Made by a program: the position numbers and the translations under genes. A stretch of DNA of 52,735 nucleotides from Catajapyx aquilonaris (Eukaryota), in the NCBI GenBank assembly GCA_000934665.2, contig KZ538703.1, forward strand, positions 1 through 52,735. Reading direction: 5' to 3'. Of this stretch, positions 1-11,816 are shown one piece after another (position 1 is the first letter of the stretch; each line of letters begins with the position of its first letter). Below the pieces are notes generated by a model. It made no database searches, had not been told where the DNA came from, and worked only from the letters and a program-made list of their open reading frames with translations.

Positions 1-320
1 CCCGTTCCTTGTCTATGAACCCCCAGTCTCACAAAGAGGCTTGGTGTCCACCCATGATCTGACAACTTTTTAGGCGGAGTGGCTACGGACTTGGCGGTTT
101 TTTTAGGAGTCCGTTTTTGGTTAGATTTGGGTTATTGGTACAAAATATTTCGAGATATAGTATTACTCACTAAAACTTGCAATTAATGATGTGAGCACTT
201 TATTATTATATAACGGTACATGCCATACATAAATGTGCAATATATTATTAGTTTCATTAATGGTTGGTGTACACAAATTTGTCCTGGACCATTTGTCCTG
301 GACAAATTGTTAGATGTCAC

Positions 321-440
321 TCTTTGTAGTGGAGTTTGGTAAAAGATTCCAGGTTGCTCTTGTCCTACTAAAAAGTCCAAGAATATTTCTGTTTCCTCAG
401 TAACCAAACACACTTGCGATGGCTCCTTACATATACCTCT
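321..440 (-). mobile_element. Possible degenerate 3' fragment of a non-LTR retrotransposon ORF2 (CR1/L2/Jockey-like C-terminal motif)
   Basis: The minus strand reads YVRSHRKCVWLLRKQKYSWT and, after a 1-nt shift in a T run, FSRTRATWNLLPNS. This resembles the R.H...SFF.RT...WN.LP motif that ends many LINE ORF2 proteins. Short and frameshifted. Confidence 0.4.
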
Positions 441-572
441 ATGATTGGGTAGAAAGATAATAATTAACACATCAAGAGCACAAATGCAAATAAAATGACT
501 AAAATGATTCAAATTTGCGTTCGTGATAGATATTACAAAAGAGACAGATTATTATATGCCTTTTCTGATTTT

Positions 573-2540
573 CTATAAGAGAAATGGAAATTGCCCCACT
601 GCACTGTGTCTTCCACGAATTCTGGTGAGGTATTCGCAAATAAAGGAAACTAGTGACACAGCCAGTCCAATCAACCAGATTTTGAACATGAAGGAAACAT
701 GGTTTATGCTCAACACTTCAAGTTCGTTTTCAGTCGCAGTCTTTTCTTCTCGAGCCAGAATTTCCTTAAAGGAATGCAAGAAAGTGGTGAACTGCTCGTC
801 ATACGTGTACTTCATAATGAGGTTAGATTCGATAAAGAAACGGGCGTGCTTCTTCAGGAGATGGAAAAGAGCCGTGTTTCCTCTGGACGTCGCAGCTGAG
901 GAATACGCAGGGAAAATTGATTCCTTAGCAAACAGGACAGTCTTTCTACCCAGAGTGTCTCTGTGGCGAGACACTTCTCTCTGAAGCCACAGTTTTAAAC
1001 CAAAGCAAACAACCTGCTCGAGTTGTACTGTGTCCAAGCAAGCCTCGGTACTGTCAACTTGCACCACTCTCTTCATTATCCGTTTGGGCAGCTCTTCCTG
1101 AGAAAGTCGCGCCAATAATCCCACCAGAAGCAGGTTCTCTCCACTAGCTTTTATGACCCAGTCAGATTTGTCCAGCTCCTCGAAATTGCTGGGGACAAAC
1201 TCCTTGGAAGGTGACGACAACATGGCGGTGAATTTTGCGGTGTAACCTGTGATGACAACTCGAGCAAAAAACATGACAAATGTGGCCAGAAGTAGGAAGT
1301 GCCAGGCTTTCGAAGGGTATTCGCTCGATTGCTCCACGAATTCTCTGCAAACTATTTCAAAGGACTTGCTCCACGTGGAGTTTCCACTGGACACAGGAGT
1401 AGCAGCGAGGTACCGAACGGTCATCATTGTAAGGAAAATTGTGACCAAAAGCAATGCCCAAAAATGTGATGTGTATGGCATCAGGAGAAGATGTGCCTCC
1501 CAGTTGACCACACCCTGAGGAATTCTGGTCAAAAACGAGGAAGTAGGATACAAGATTGGTTCTGATTGAAGTGTGTATTGAGCAGTGAGTTCTGACATCA
1601 AAATAGCTCCTGCGATGTCCAATCTTCCTCTAACCAGTTGTCCAGTGAGTCCAACCCACGTCCCGTTTTCCAGCATCTTGTCCAGGTCTTCATCTTCGTT
1701 GTATGTCACTCTGAACTTAACTTCAGATTTCAACGACTGTCCGTACAAATAGAGGTAGCGTTCATACCATGCCAAAGACATCTCGCCAAATTCGTCCTTC
1801 TTCTGCATGGCCTCCTGCCATTCGAAATCAAAATACATGGACAACTGGAGTTCCTTTCCGTTCATGTGCTCGTCCATGCTTTTGAAGAAATGGCTTAACG
1901 TCGGACGTCTGATTTCGGGCTGTCCATCTTGTCCGCAATAAAAGCAGGCGGTCTCGGTCAGAAGTTGTCCGGATTCTCTCCTGGTGGACACCTTAAGCCT
2001 TAGTGCACTGGCAGGTGGTGAGGTCATCACTCGGTGCACTTTTTTCGCGTCTGATGACTTGAAGTCGATGAGAAACTTGTCATCCAGAGGGACGAGTTTG
2101 ACCACAGAAGCTGTGTACATTAGCAGTGACCCCAATGAGGACGGCTTCGATGGCACCAGAAGGTTGAAAGTGCAGGACATACCGGACCACGCCCTGGACA
2201 GAATTTCTGGAGGGACAGTCCTGAAGTCCAGCATCTCCTTTTGATTCTCGAGCCACGGATAATCTTTGTAGGTGTGCGGAAATGTGGTCATGCGGACTGT
2301 AAATGAGGGCAAATACTTCTCCGATTGTCCCGCAATAATTGTCTGCACTGGACCTGAGAAGGTGGACAGATCTGTCGAAGCGACCAAAGAACAAGACCGC
2401 ATGTCATCTCTCTGCTGGAGGATGTCACTGACCAGTTGGGACACAGCACTTTCTTCTTTTTCTACATTGCACTTAATGTTATTGCTCGAACCGAAAGTTG
2501 CGACTAAGAGAGACACAAGTACGAGTATGGACACCTTCAT
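573..2540 (-). CDS. Divergent ionotropic receptor (IR; variant ionotropic glutamate receptor family chemoreceptor), single coding exon, 655 aa
   Basis: Uninterrupted 655-aa ORF. Signal peptide MKVSILVLVSLLVATFGSS; S1-lobe motif ENGTWVGLTGQLVRGRLDIA; pre-M1/M1 LLMPYTSHFWALLLVTIFLTMM; second TM FFARVVITGYTAKFTAMLSSP followed by VPSNFEELDKSD; last TM VLSINHVSFMFKIWLIGLAVSLVSFICEY; short C-tail. This is the IR domain order. Start context caaccATG. Confidence 0.9.
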   Translation of the reverse strand: MKVSILVLVSLLVATFGSSNNIKCNVEKEESAVSQLVSDILQQRDDMRSCSLVASTDLSTFSGPVQTIIAGQSEKYLPSFTVRMTTFPHTYKDYPWLENQKEMLDFRTVPPEILSRAWSGMSCTFNLLVPSKPSSLGSLLMYTASVVKLVPLDDKFLIDFKSSDAKKVHRVMTSPPASALRLKVSTRRESGQLLTETACFYCGQDGQPEIRRPTLSHFFKSMDEHMNGKELQLSMYFDFEWQEAMQKKDEFGEMSLAWYERYLYLYGQSLKSEVKFRVTYNEDEDLDKMLENGTWVGLTGQLVRGRLDIAGAILMSELTAQYTLQSEPILYPTSSFLTRIPQGVVNWEAHLLLMPYTSHFWALLLVTIFLTMMTVRYLAATPVSSGNSTWSKSFEIVCREFVEQSSEYPSKAWHFLLLATFVMFFARVVITGYTAKFTAMLSSPSKEFVPSNFEELDKSDWVIKASGENLLLVGLLARLSQEELPKRIMKRVVQVDSTEACLDTVQLEQVVCFGLKLWLQREVSRHRDTLGRKTVLFAKESIFPAYSSAATSRGNTALFHLLKKHARFFIESNLIMKYTYDEQFTTFLHSFKEILAREEKTATENELEVLSINHVSFMFKIWLIGLAVSLVSFICEYLTRIRGRHSAVGQFPFLL

Positions 2541-5234
2541 GGTTGAAGCACAACTGCGTATTATTTGCCATCCAAAAGAATTGCGTCAGAGTCAACCTAA
2601 ATGATCGCAATTTCTGTAACAACCGCTCTCCACTTTCACATTATTCCAAATAATATATTACAAAGAAGCGGAAGTGCTCAGTGTCCTCTTATTACCCTTA
2701 TTCTTACCCTGTGATTAGACTTGCTCTGCGCATTACCAAAATGTGTCGGTTGCATAAGACGAGTATGTTCATACCCTGTCATATCATATCGACCTGTTCA
2801 GTGCGCAACACATAATAGAATAATATGAAAACTAGCAGGATATCCGTTCTTCTCAGGGGCATTGAATAATGAATATACTGTACCGTAATCATTGAATTAA
2901 TGGCAGAAGTTGTTATGATAACCCCGTTGGCACGATAACAATGGATGGGAGGGGGCGGTGGGGGAAAGGGAAATACCGACAAACTTTGCTTTATACTTGT
3001 GTACATAAGATGTGACAGTGAAGTCTTTTAATTATTATGAAACGTCACCATTTTGTAACACTTCTGGACTCTCTGGGCCTTGTTCCTTCAAGCCATTCAA
3101 TTACTGCCGAGTTGTTACCGTGCAAATTTTATTCAGAGAAGCAGTATACTATACTCTTGATGAAAAAAAGAGAAGATGCCATTGATCCGGCTTCATTACA
3201 CCTTCAGCATCAGCAAGAAGACGAGAGAAAGAGAAAGAGGGCGGATTATCTCCTGGCTGCTGTCCCCGCCGTCATTTCAGACAATTCGGATTTTTATACC
3301 CTTTGACTCGTCAGCACAGGATGTCAGAGAGGATTTGCCCAAAGAATCCAGAGGTAGACTATCGCTCCCTTATTCTCAAGGGATGCTACAGTATAGATAC
3401 CAAGGCCTACTCGGCTTGAGGTTGCTTTTTTTTAGAACGCTCTTGAGGTGATCCTCTTACAGATCAAACCACGTTTGCCACCATGAGGAAAAACTGGCTG
3501 ATATGTACTGACATTCGTACATTTTTTAACGATTGGCATGTTGAAATATGTTCCACTGTTGCATGGTGGATCATTCCCTGCAAATTTTGTGTGAATTTTT
3601 TTCCTCACTAGCAGTTTCGCCCGGATTGTCATTAAAAGCTATCATCAAATCCTCCCATAGCCCTGGAATCGTTAGGCGTAAGCACAGCCTGGCGAAATGT
3701 GCCTGTTAATTGGTGACATTCCGGGAGATTGCCCCCTAAAAGTGGGCGAATTGCCTGCATTGTCCCTCCATGTGCGTGTTAATGATGGCCCGCCTGAATA
3801 CACGTCTGCCTGAGAGGAAAAAAAAAGCTTCATGAATTTGCATCGCCTATACCTAAACCGTGCAAATGCCTAATGGGAAAAAGATCGGCCAGACTTGTCA
3901 CTTTTTTAGTATAAAAAAAAGAAGAGGAAGCTGCACTCGCTAAAATAATTGTCCGGAAAATCCGATGCAGTCGCTTACGGAACACTTAACACAGTGGGGA
4001 AAAAAGAGTCTTTTAAAATTCGCTCAACGAGAAGCGAGGAAGAATTTACTTGCCCAAATGCGTCCTCGTTTTAAATGTGGATCGTACATAAAATTAATTG
4101 TTCTTACGCATTTTTCTTGTTTAAATTTTTTGTGAGTGTATACACACCGTGGCTTATTATTGTGATGAATGAGCAAGCAGCACAACCGCCAAATCAAAGA
4201 ATCAATTGATCAATTAATCAGGTTCACGCCCCTCCCTAGGGATTTGCCTTTCGAGACAGGCTCGAATCAATCACTCTGCAGAGATACTTAATGTACTGCG
4301 GGGGTGTGCAAAAGGACACTTTGCCCTCTCTCACTAAATACTTCTCGCAACCATTGGTGACATCGGGTTTCGACTAAATAGTGCCCGTGAAAGCAGAATT
4401 CTACGAAAGTGGTACAAAACATTTCTGAAGGTTTTCCCTCGCATTTTTGCAATATAAAACTAAAGGAAATGAGTAGACCATTTAATCGATGTGTCTATGG
4501 GCAACAATTGAAGGGCTCGGGAGAAAAACATGTTAACCGCCATGTTTTTTTTCTCCGGAGCTCTTCAATAATTAATAACGTTAATTTAATCGCGAGTCTT
4601 ATGCAAATAAGAGGCACCCTTGAGTCATCCCCCGCAGAGCTGATGTTTCGTCTCCTGATCTGTGTGGAATCAGCTTGAACATCTCAATGTCTTGGGATAG
4701 TTCCACCAACAAAATATTTATTGACCTTGTCGGGTTTTATAGCCACCGGTATTGTTTCCTAGCCTCGTGACCTACTGCCAGCTTCTGCCTATTTTTAAGC
4801 TACACCCAAAGAAGAATCGTTCTGCATTGGCCAAGTTGTAAACAGTTCTACGCATCTGGGGAGTACAACTGCTGGACTGCGATCAGATGGCTGCATCGGG
4901 CTATAAAAACGTCTCCATAAATCGCGCCTTAAATCTGGGTTAAATTTCCCGCTTAATTAGACCTGCTGCATGTGTGTAAGACCTTTTAATGTTAATGACG
5001 GGCTCTCAGCACGTCTCTAATTTAAGGCCACCATTGAACTTGGCACTGCGCAGTTACAACGCCCAAAATAAGACCAGGCCTATACTATACAGCAGCCAGC
5101 CGCAAAATCTCTTTGAATAAAATTTAATTAGTAGTAGCCTACTCTATTTATCATCCTGTGAATATATATTCAAAGTCACGATTAACTTTGGCTGATTCCG
5201 CAAATTTAAACCATTTGCTTTTCAGGAGAACGAC

Positions 5235-5830
5235 GACTTGAAATAAAAGATAAGCAGCTTTGCAACAATCTTACCTGCTATAGAAACTGAGAAAGACTCT
5301 TGATCCTCTTTGCTTCCTTTGCTCTGTAAAGTCTACTGTTCACGACGATAGTGTTCATAGATTGTAATAAAGCGTTACCTAAATGGATTTTCACTTAAAG
5401 TGTAATGTTGCGATTATTTTATTTATATAGTCGAGATACTAAGTTACTTACAAAATGCCAGTTTCGAGAGATAATCGAAGGCAAAAAATTTACATGCTAT
5501 TAGTCCTGGCTTGCTGGCTCATTAAGAATATTTAAGACTGATAGTACGTCTCATATTACTTATTTATGTGCACCAGTTTATGGATATCATTAAAATCTTG
5601 ATCCTCTGCCTGGCATAATTCTAACTGATTACCTTGTGACTTGAATATATTCACAGACTTTACAGAGTGTCATAATATCTCGCCAGCTTCACAAGTTGTG
5701 TGTTTCTATTTCAACCCTACTTTAGAGGAGCAGACTTGAAATAAGCGATAAGCAGCTTTGCAATAACTCTCTAAATTCTGTAAACGAGATGCTTTTCACT
5801 TTGCTTCCTTTAGATGTTGTGTAAGGAGCA
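5235..5830 (+). repeat. Diverged direct repeat pair about 500 bp apart
   Basis: gacttgaaataa..gataagcagctttgcaa.aa.. followed by tttgcttccttt occurs at about 5235-5330 and about 5733-5825. Confidence 0.7.
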
Positions 5831-8235
5831 ATATAAACCGAAGTTCTGCGCAGTTTGTTATTCAGACTATGTTTCGCATTTCGAAATCTGGCGTCCATTA
5901 TAGTGAAGAAAAGAATCCGAACACATCTTGTTCTCTCTCCGTTTGTCTTTGTATCAAGAATAAAAGTGATGGGAAGTCTGACCCGGGTGCAAAGAAATGA
6001 AAAGCAAACTTTTGCCCGACAGACATGTTCAATCTCCCTCTCAGAGTTGTATGCATGACAAATAATGCAAACTGAGACGTTTGCTAGTGTTTGGCATCGG
6101 TGGGTGGTAGGCTATGGGAGGGTGAAGGGGGGAGGGGGGAAATGCATAGATGTGTCACGATCGAATAAAAAGAATATCGATTCTCCAGGGGGGTGAGATA
6201 TTGCTATTCTGGAAAAAAAAAGACGTTCAAGGACAACTCGGACCGAATAAAGAAAATTCTCTCTCAACCATTGTATATAGTAGAAGACCTGTCAAGATAA
6301 TACTGCTTACTAATTATCTTAATATTTCAATTGAGTACCTTACAGTGCCAGCTGGACATTAATTTATCCGATACCCGATATTTTTGGGGCTGCGTCATTT
6401 TTGCAGTTCACTATTTCTTCTGCCCGGGACTGCACCGGGCAAAATTAACGTTTTTCGCTTTGGCTTTAATTAGTAACTCGGGTAGCAACAATGAGTGGAG
6501 TTTAATTCAGCCTGCCAGAGCAGTTGTAACGGGTTGGCCATTACAATTTTTCCTTCTGTCCTCTTCCCTTCATCCTGGAGCCAGTTTCTCTCCAAGAATG
6601 TTGCCCCCCGACTTATGGAGGCCTTATTATGTGAATCCAAGCAAATAATCTCTTCTGGGGGGGGGGGGGGNCTTCTCCCTTTCCATGCTCCAGGGTTCCC
6701 CCCAAATTCCTGGAGATGAAGTCAGTGTGTCCAAAATTGCCATTCTCCAAAAAAAGAAGAACCCCCTTCCTCTCCCTCCCCATGGATGTCTCCAACTCTG
6801 CTCGGCAAAGTGGATGCCAAGTCATCGGTGCGGTTCAATTTCCAGCATTCCAGAGAAGCGGATTCTGGAAACAAAAGACACCCCCCACCCCACCCCTCAA
6901 TCTAACCCCTCCTCCTTTAGGTCCCAATACAGGCGAAATGCGTGAAATTAATTCCGTTCGACAGTAGGAACTCGGCTCTAGTGTGCCAAAAGGCTTGTTT
7001 CCCAGTCTCTTATTGCCAATTAGCTCATCACCAACCCCCCACACTAATTTGGGCAGGTTTGATTCATGCACAAAGGTGTCGGATGAGTGCTGGGGGAAAG
7101 TGCGCCAATGTTTTTAAGTCAACCTTAATCTAAAAGGAAATGTCGATTTTTTGGTCATGACCTAGATTAATTTTTAGTAAGGGTTCGATAGGTTCTATAT
7201 TCGAGTTCGAATGAACTTTTCTTTCTTGTTTTGGACAGCGGTTGGCATCTAAACATTGGAAGCAAGCAACAGGAATGATTGTGTTCTGCAACTGACAGGG
7301 ATGCCAATAATATTTTGTAAAGTTACCATCAGATCAACTTATTGGGTTGCATGAGTCGTCTCTTATACACGCAAGGAAATAATAATGTTCAATGGATTTA
7401 ATGGCACGCAGGGTGCCACCAGGGAATTTTCACTGTTGGAAACGGAAAAGGCGTCTACATTTTTGTCGATTTTTAATGCAAGTAAAATAATACTCTTAAC
7501 GGAATGGCATGTTACTTTTAGAAAATTTGTAGTTCGATTTATTTCAGATTAAGACGATTCTTCGTGTTAAGTCCAGATGTTTCTCTAAAAGTTCACCAAA
7601 TTGAGATATTTATTTTTTCCTGCTCTCATTTTTGTCTAGGATAAAAGGACGTTCTTTGCACTGGAACCATGTCTTTGTGCAGTACATATCATTATCTATA
7701 CCATTTATAGAGGCACCGGTTAATTATGCTCATAGTTAGCACAATTTTCGCACGAGTTACACTTTCTCCCCTGGCATAAGTCGGGCCCCATGAATTATGA
7801 ATGGATCCATGGGCAGCACTCGTTTTGATGAAAACATTTTTTTTCGTACCAGGAAGGGACAAACATTTACTATGAATTAGCACTTGTTTATGCACGCTAA
7901 CATTCGTTTCCCCTAGAGGTGAACGAAATGACACAACAGGTCCTCGGGCCAAAAATATTTTTGTCATAAAGTAAGCCTGATAAAGCTACAGCAACAATTT
8001 TTTTTGGAAGAAATCTTTTCCTGTACACATGCAAGAAATAAACTCAATAGGTACAGTAGCAATATAATATTGACACAACGTTGTCAGTACTAATTGCATT
8101 GCACTGATTGCACCTGTTACACAATTCGTATCTTGATATCTTGTTATTTATAAAGGCACACTTGTTGATAGCATTGTGTCGAACTGTAGTTATAACACGC
8201 CACAGGAGATAACCTTTATCCGTGAGAAACAGGAA

Positions 8236-8330
8236 TCTTACATAATTATAAAGCATAAAGTTTCTCTGTTTGTATGTCCGAACTACCTAACCCACTTCTG
8301 TACTGCTGGGAGTCGCGAAACTTAGCACAC
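8236..8330 (+). mobile_element. Helitron-like 5' end fragment
   Basis: a|TCTTACATAATTATAAAGCATAAAGTTTCTCTGTTTGTATGTCC resembles the TC...TATAAAG...AAAGTTTGTTTGT 5' ends of arthropod non-autonomous Helitrons. No matching 3' end was located nearby. Confidence 0.4.
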
Positions 8331-8926
8331 TCATGGCTTACGTGCTACTGATTGAAAGGAAAAGTCCCAAAACCAAACTTTTTTTTTTCGCGTGCTAATA
8401 CCCAAAATGTGTAGGATTTTGATCTATAGTATTATAGTTTCATGTAGAGATAAGATGCGAGAACTAACTCTTTTAGGGCCGATCGTACAAATGCAAATTA
8501 GGAGCTGTTATATCAGACCGAATGCATTAGGCTTTTAACAAAATCATTAAAATAGATCCGCCCCACATTCTTTTGTCGACCAGAAATTGACTCTCGGCAG
8601 CAATTATTTTTCTCTGGCTGTATATATATGTGCTTGTCGGATTGCGGGTATCGGTCTGTGGCAGGGGGAGGTGGTAGGGGGTTCCAGCTAAAAGGGAGGG
8701 GGTGGAGGGATGGAGGGGGATGGGGGGAGAGCGGCCCTTTTGTCAGTGAGTCTGCGGCTGTCCGGGTGAGAGGAGCTCGATTCAAACTCACCAAAAAGTG
8801 CGGGGGCATGTACGCGGGCACGATTTATCTGCCGGGACCGTAACCACAGTGATTATCGGTTGACCCAAACATCCTTCTAAAAATAGAAGAAGAAAAAGTG
8901 CAGCATCATCATCAGAAGCAGCAACA

Positions 8927-9308
8927 ATGGAGTGGGTGAGCTGGCCGGGCAACACCAGCTTGGGTTCGATCCCAGCAGGACCAGAAGTGTCACCTCAAGT
9001 ACCTTCCTCCAGCAGTGCTTCTTCTTCGTCGTCTCACAGCCAGGTGCCGTCCTGGCAGGCGCAGGGTCAGGTCCGGATACCTTTGTACTCGGTGATATTC
9101 GTGCTGGCGGTGGTGGGCAACGTTCTGGTGATCGTGACACTCATCCAGAACGCCAGGATGAGGACCATCACCAACGTCTTCTTGCTCAACCTGGCCGTGT
9201 CAGACCTCCTTCTCGGGGTCTTCTGCATGCCCTTCACACTGGTTGGGACACTCCTCAGGCAGTTTGTCTTCGGAGGAATCATGTGCAGGCTCATCCCCTT
9301 CCTGCAGG
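8927..9308 (+). CDS. CCKLR: Sulfakinin / cholecystokinin receptor-like GPCR, coding exon 1 (N-terminus, TM1, TM2, start of TM3)
   Basis: ATG in acaATGg context with an in-frame upstream TGA at 8861. IPLYSVIFVLAVVGNVLVIVTL (TM1, GN); RMRTITNVFLLNLAVSDLLLGVFCMPFTL (TM2, LAxxD); FVFGGIMCRLIPFLQ. Donor G|GTACGT at 9308/9309, phase 1. Confidence 0.93.
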
Positions 9309-10999
9309 GTACGTTATTGTTGGAAACCCACCGGATAATTCTCTTAATAATTATTGTTAACACCAGAAACCAGTAGAAGAAACAGGCCTCAACTGTTTGA
9401 ACCTATCCGGAACATCAATAGTCATTATTGCAGGCTTTAAAATGAACGAGGTCATAAACTTAATGCGAACTGCTTAACCTTTTTGTAACCACTGAAACTG
9501 TTTATTAAAATAAGCAGCTTAGTGGGCAAATAATTCGCCAACTGAAATCCGGACTACATTTTGATGATTTTAAAGTCATATTCTCACATACGCTTTCCAT
9601 GTTGAGCTGGATTTGGGCAGAGCACAACCCCCAGCGAGTTGTGAGGCTTGCAGCGATTTTGCGGAGTGACGTCAAAATCTCTGTGCGCGTCAAAAATAAT
9701 TAGGAGGTTGAATCATTGTGACACGTTGGATCAAATCGAGAGAAAAAAAATGCGGCTGGAGAAGTCATTCTTTTAATCCTGATATTCTTCAAACAATTTG
9801 CGTAATTAAGACTATTTTCTCAATCAAGAAGTAGGACTAATATCTAAAAAAGTAAAGCAAAAATGAACTTTGAATTATAATTTTTCCCATCCAATCTTTA
9901 CTTAGAACAAATTGAATGAATCGACTTTATTTATGGAACTGAAGTTAAGTGCGACGTGCTTAATTGTAATGTATAGCATTCCCGTCATTTTTTGTGCGAG
10001 TTTCATAAACTGCAAAACCGATATTCCCCCTAGAGGCAAAAGACTCGAAAAGTGAGGGCTAGGATTTTCGCAACCGGGTGGTTTCTTCCCATCAAGAAAT
10101 GTGCAGAAAGTTGCGAAATCATCATTCATTAACTGTTGGTTTGGAGCTTAATCAGAACCACCATCATGAGTGATGTTGGACTGAGATTGATTTCATCGTT
10201 GGAGGCGATAATAATTTTTAATGGAGAGCGCTCCTAATTACGTCCAATGAAAGAGCGAAACTCTGTTTTCTTATCGATTTGGCTGGCATGTTAAACCACA
10301 GTATCTGATTATTTGCGAAAAATTTCCATTCGAAGCGGGCCACGAAAACATGCTGAATGGGTGATATTATACACACACATATATTTTATATTCCATCGAC
10401 AGCTAGAAAAACCACACCCTAATCCTAATTGCATTAATTGCGCTTAATTAACTCTTCCTGATCAGTGGATATAATGCTCAAACACTTTTATCGTGTTTTG
10501 TGGCAGTATTGAGCCGGATAATGTGCCGAGTTGCAAAAAAAAATATCCCGCAAATTTTCACAGATGTATGTGCGATTTGAACAAAACATACCTTTCCCAT
10601 CATTTTAATAACATATGGGTTAATAACAAAAAAAAGCATTTGAAGAGACGATATTACACAAAATCAATAATTAAAAACTATAGGTGAACAGCTTCTAACA
10701 ATGTTATAGACATCATTATCATAACAGCCATTATTTCAGTGTAGTTTTTCTGTTTATTGCTTTATTTCTTACTAATTTTTGGACAGATAAATAAGGCACT
10801 GAAAGAATGTTAAGTTCAAAATATTGAAGAAATGAAATGAGTGAAGTCTATTAGTAATAGATTATTATTATTAATAGAGTAGCTTATTGATAGATAAAAC
10901 TTTGAACTCTTGGAAAGTAACCTCTTAATAACGAGAGGTTTTGTGCTAATATTTTGCACTTTTGTTACTTTGCCTTTGAACATTTGCTATCCTGCTTGC

Positions 11000-11313
11000 A
11001 CAGCTTACAAGATATATTATGAAGGGTAACGATTACTTTCATGGTTACATAAATCCATCAGATCAATACACCATCCTGACCCAAACTTTACTGAGCATAT
11101 TTGAACATATAATTGCGGTAATAATTCATCCGCCAACCTATATGGGCAGTCCGACGGCATATTACAAGTGACAAGTTCATGTTGAGAGAAAAGTGGTATG
11201 ATATACCTGTCTGAACATAAAAGGCTTTTACAGGATGAAACAATAAACCGGGGACTTTTGACAGCATATGACGAGGGAGTGATGATAATTATGATGATGA
11301 TGATGATGATGAT
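11000..11313 (+). mobile_element. Possible decayed RTE-clade LINE 3' end with (GAT)n tail
   Basis: Interrupted frames give RL.FHGYI, LLSIFEHI and INRDF*Q, resembling the RL.F.GHI...DR..WR C-terminus of RTE ORFs. A (GAT)n tract follows at 11281-11313. The microsatellite is certain; the LINE call is tentative. Confidence 0.35.
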
Positions 11314-11816
11314 GCAAAAGTCAAGGCGAAGAACCCCTGGTGCACTTAGGCTTCAATGAAGAATGACCCGTGGTCCGCAACAGAAGCCATTAGCGATAGT
11401 CACGATACATATCCGAGGGAATAAATGAATGTTTTTTGTGCATCAATCACGCATTTCCTGATTGAGCATCGGGGATAAAGATAATGATATATGGCGGGGC
11501 AAGCGCAAGGCAAAAGTGATTAATGGCCGGAGTTACACAGACATGAAATTTCCAGGGATTTTTGCAAAAGGTCACTTGCGCCCAGGGGGGTACAGAGAGA
11601 AAGGGGATGGAGAGGGGGGGGGGGGAAAAAAAAGAAGAATAAAAAAAATGAGATGGATGCAGAGTAGGTTTGTGAGAATCTCGGGTTATTTATGCCAGCT
11701 GGATATTGTGACGCAAAGCTTTAAAGTTTAGCAGGTCCTTTTTTTTAAACCTCCAAACCTTTTGCTGGAATGATATATGCAATTCGGAGTGGACTGGATT
11801 TTTAAATCCTCCGATG

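Noticed and set aside
523..2604. Plus-strand and alternative-frame ORFs overlapping the IR
   Set aside because: Antisense or shadow frames of a real CDS, with no recognisable motifs.
3037..3451. Two overlapping ORFs of about 90 aa with somewhat coding-like composition upstream of the IR
   Set aside because: No recognisable domain or convincing splice structure; a decayed gene fragment cannot be excluded without blastx.
8740..8780. TCAGT initiator-like motif as the GPCR transcription start
   Set aside because: The motif is too short and lacks a correctly spaced TATA box or DPE.
8877..9363. ORFs 8932-9360(+), 8877-9140(-) and 9067-9363(-)
   Set aside because: By-products of the GC3-rich GPCR exon 1.
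10420..10452. TAAT/ATTA cluster as a homeodomain enhancer
   Set aside because: Such motifs are frequent throughout this AT-rich window and cannot be supported without conservation data.
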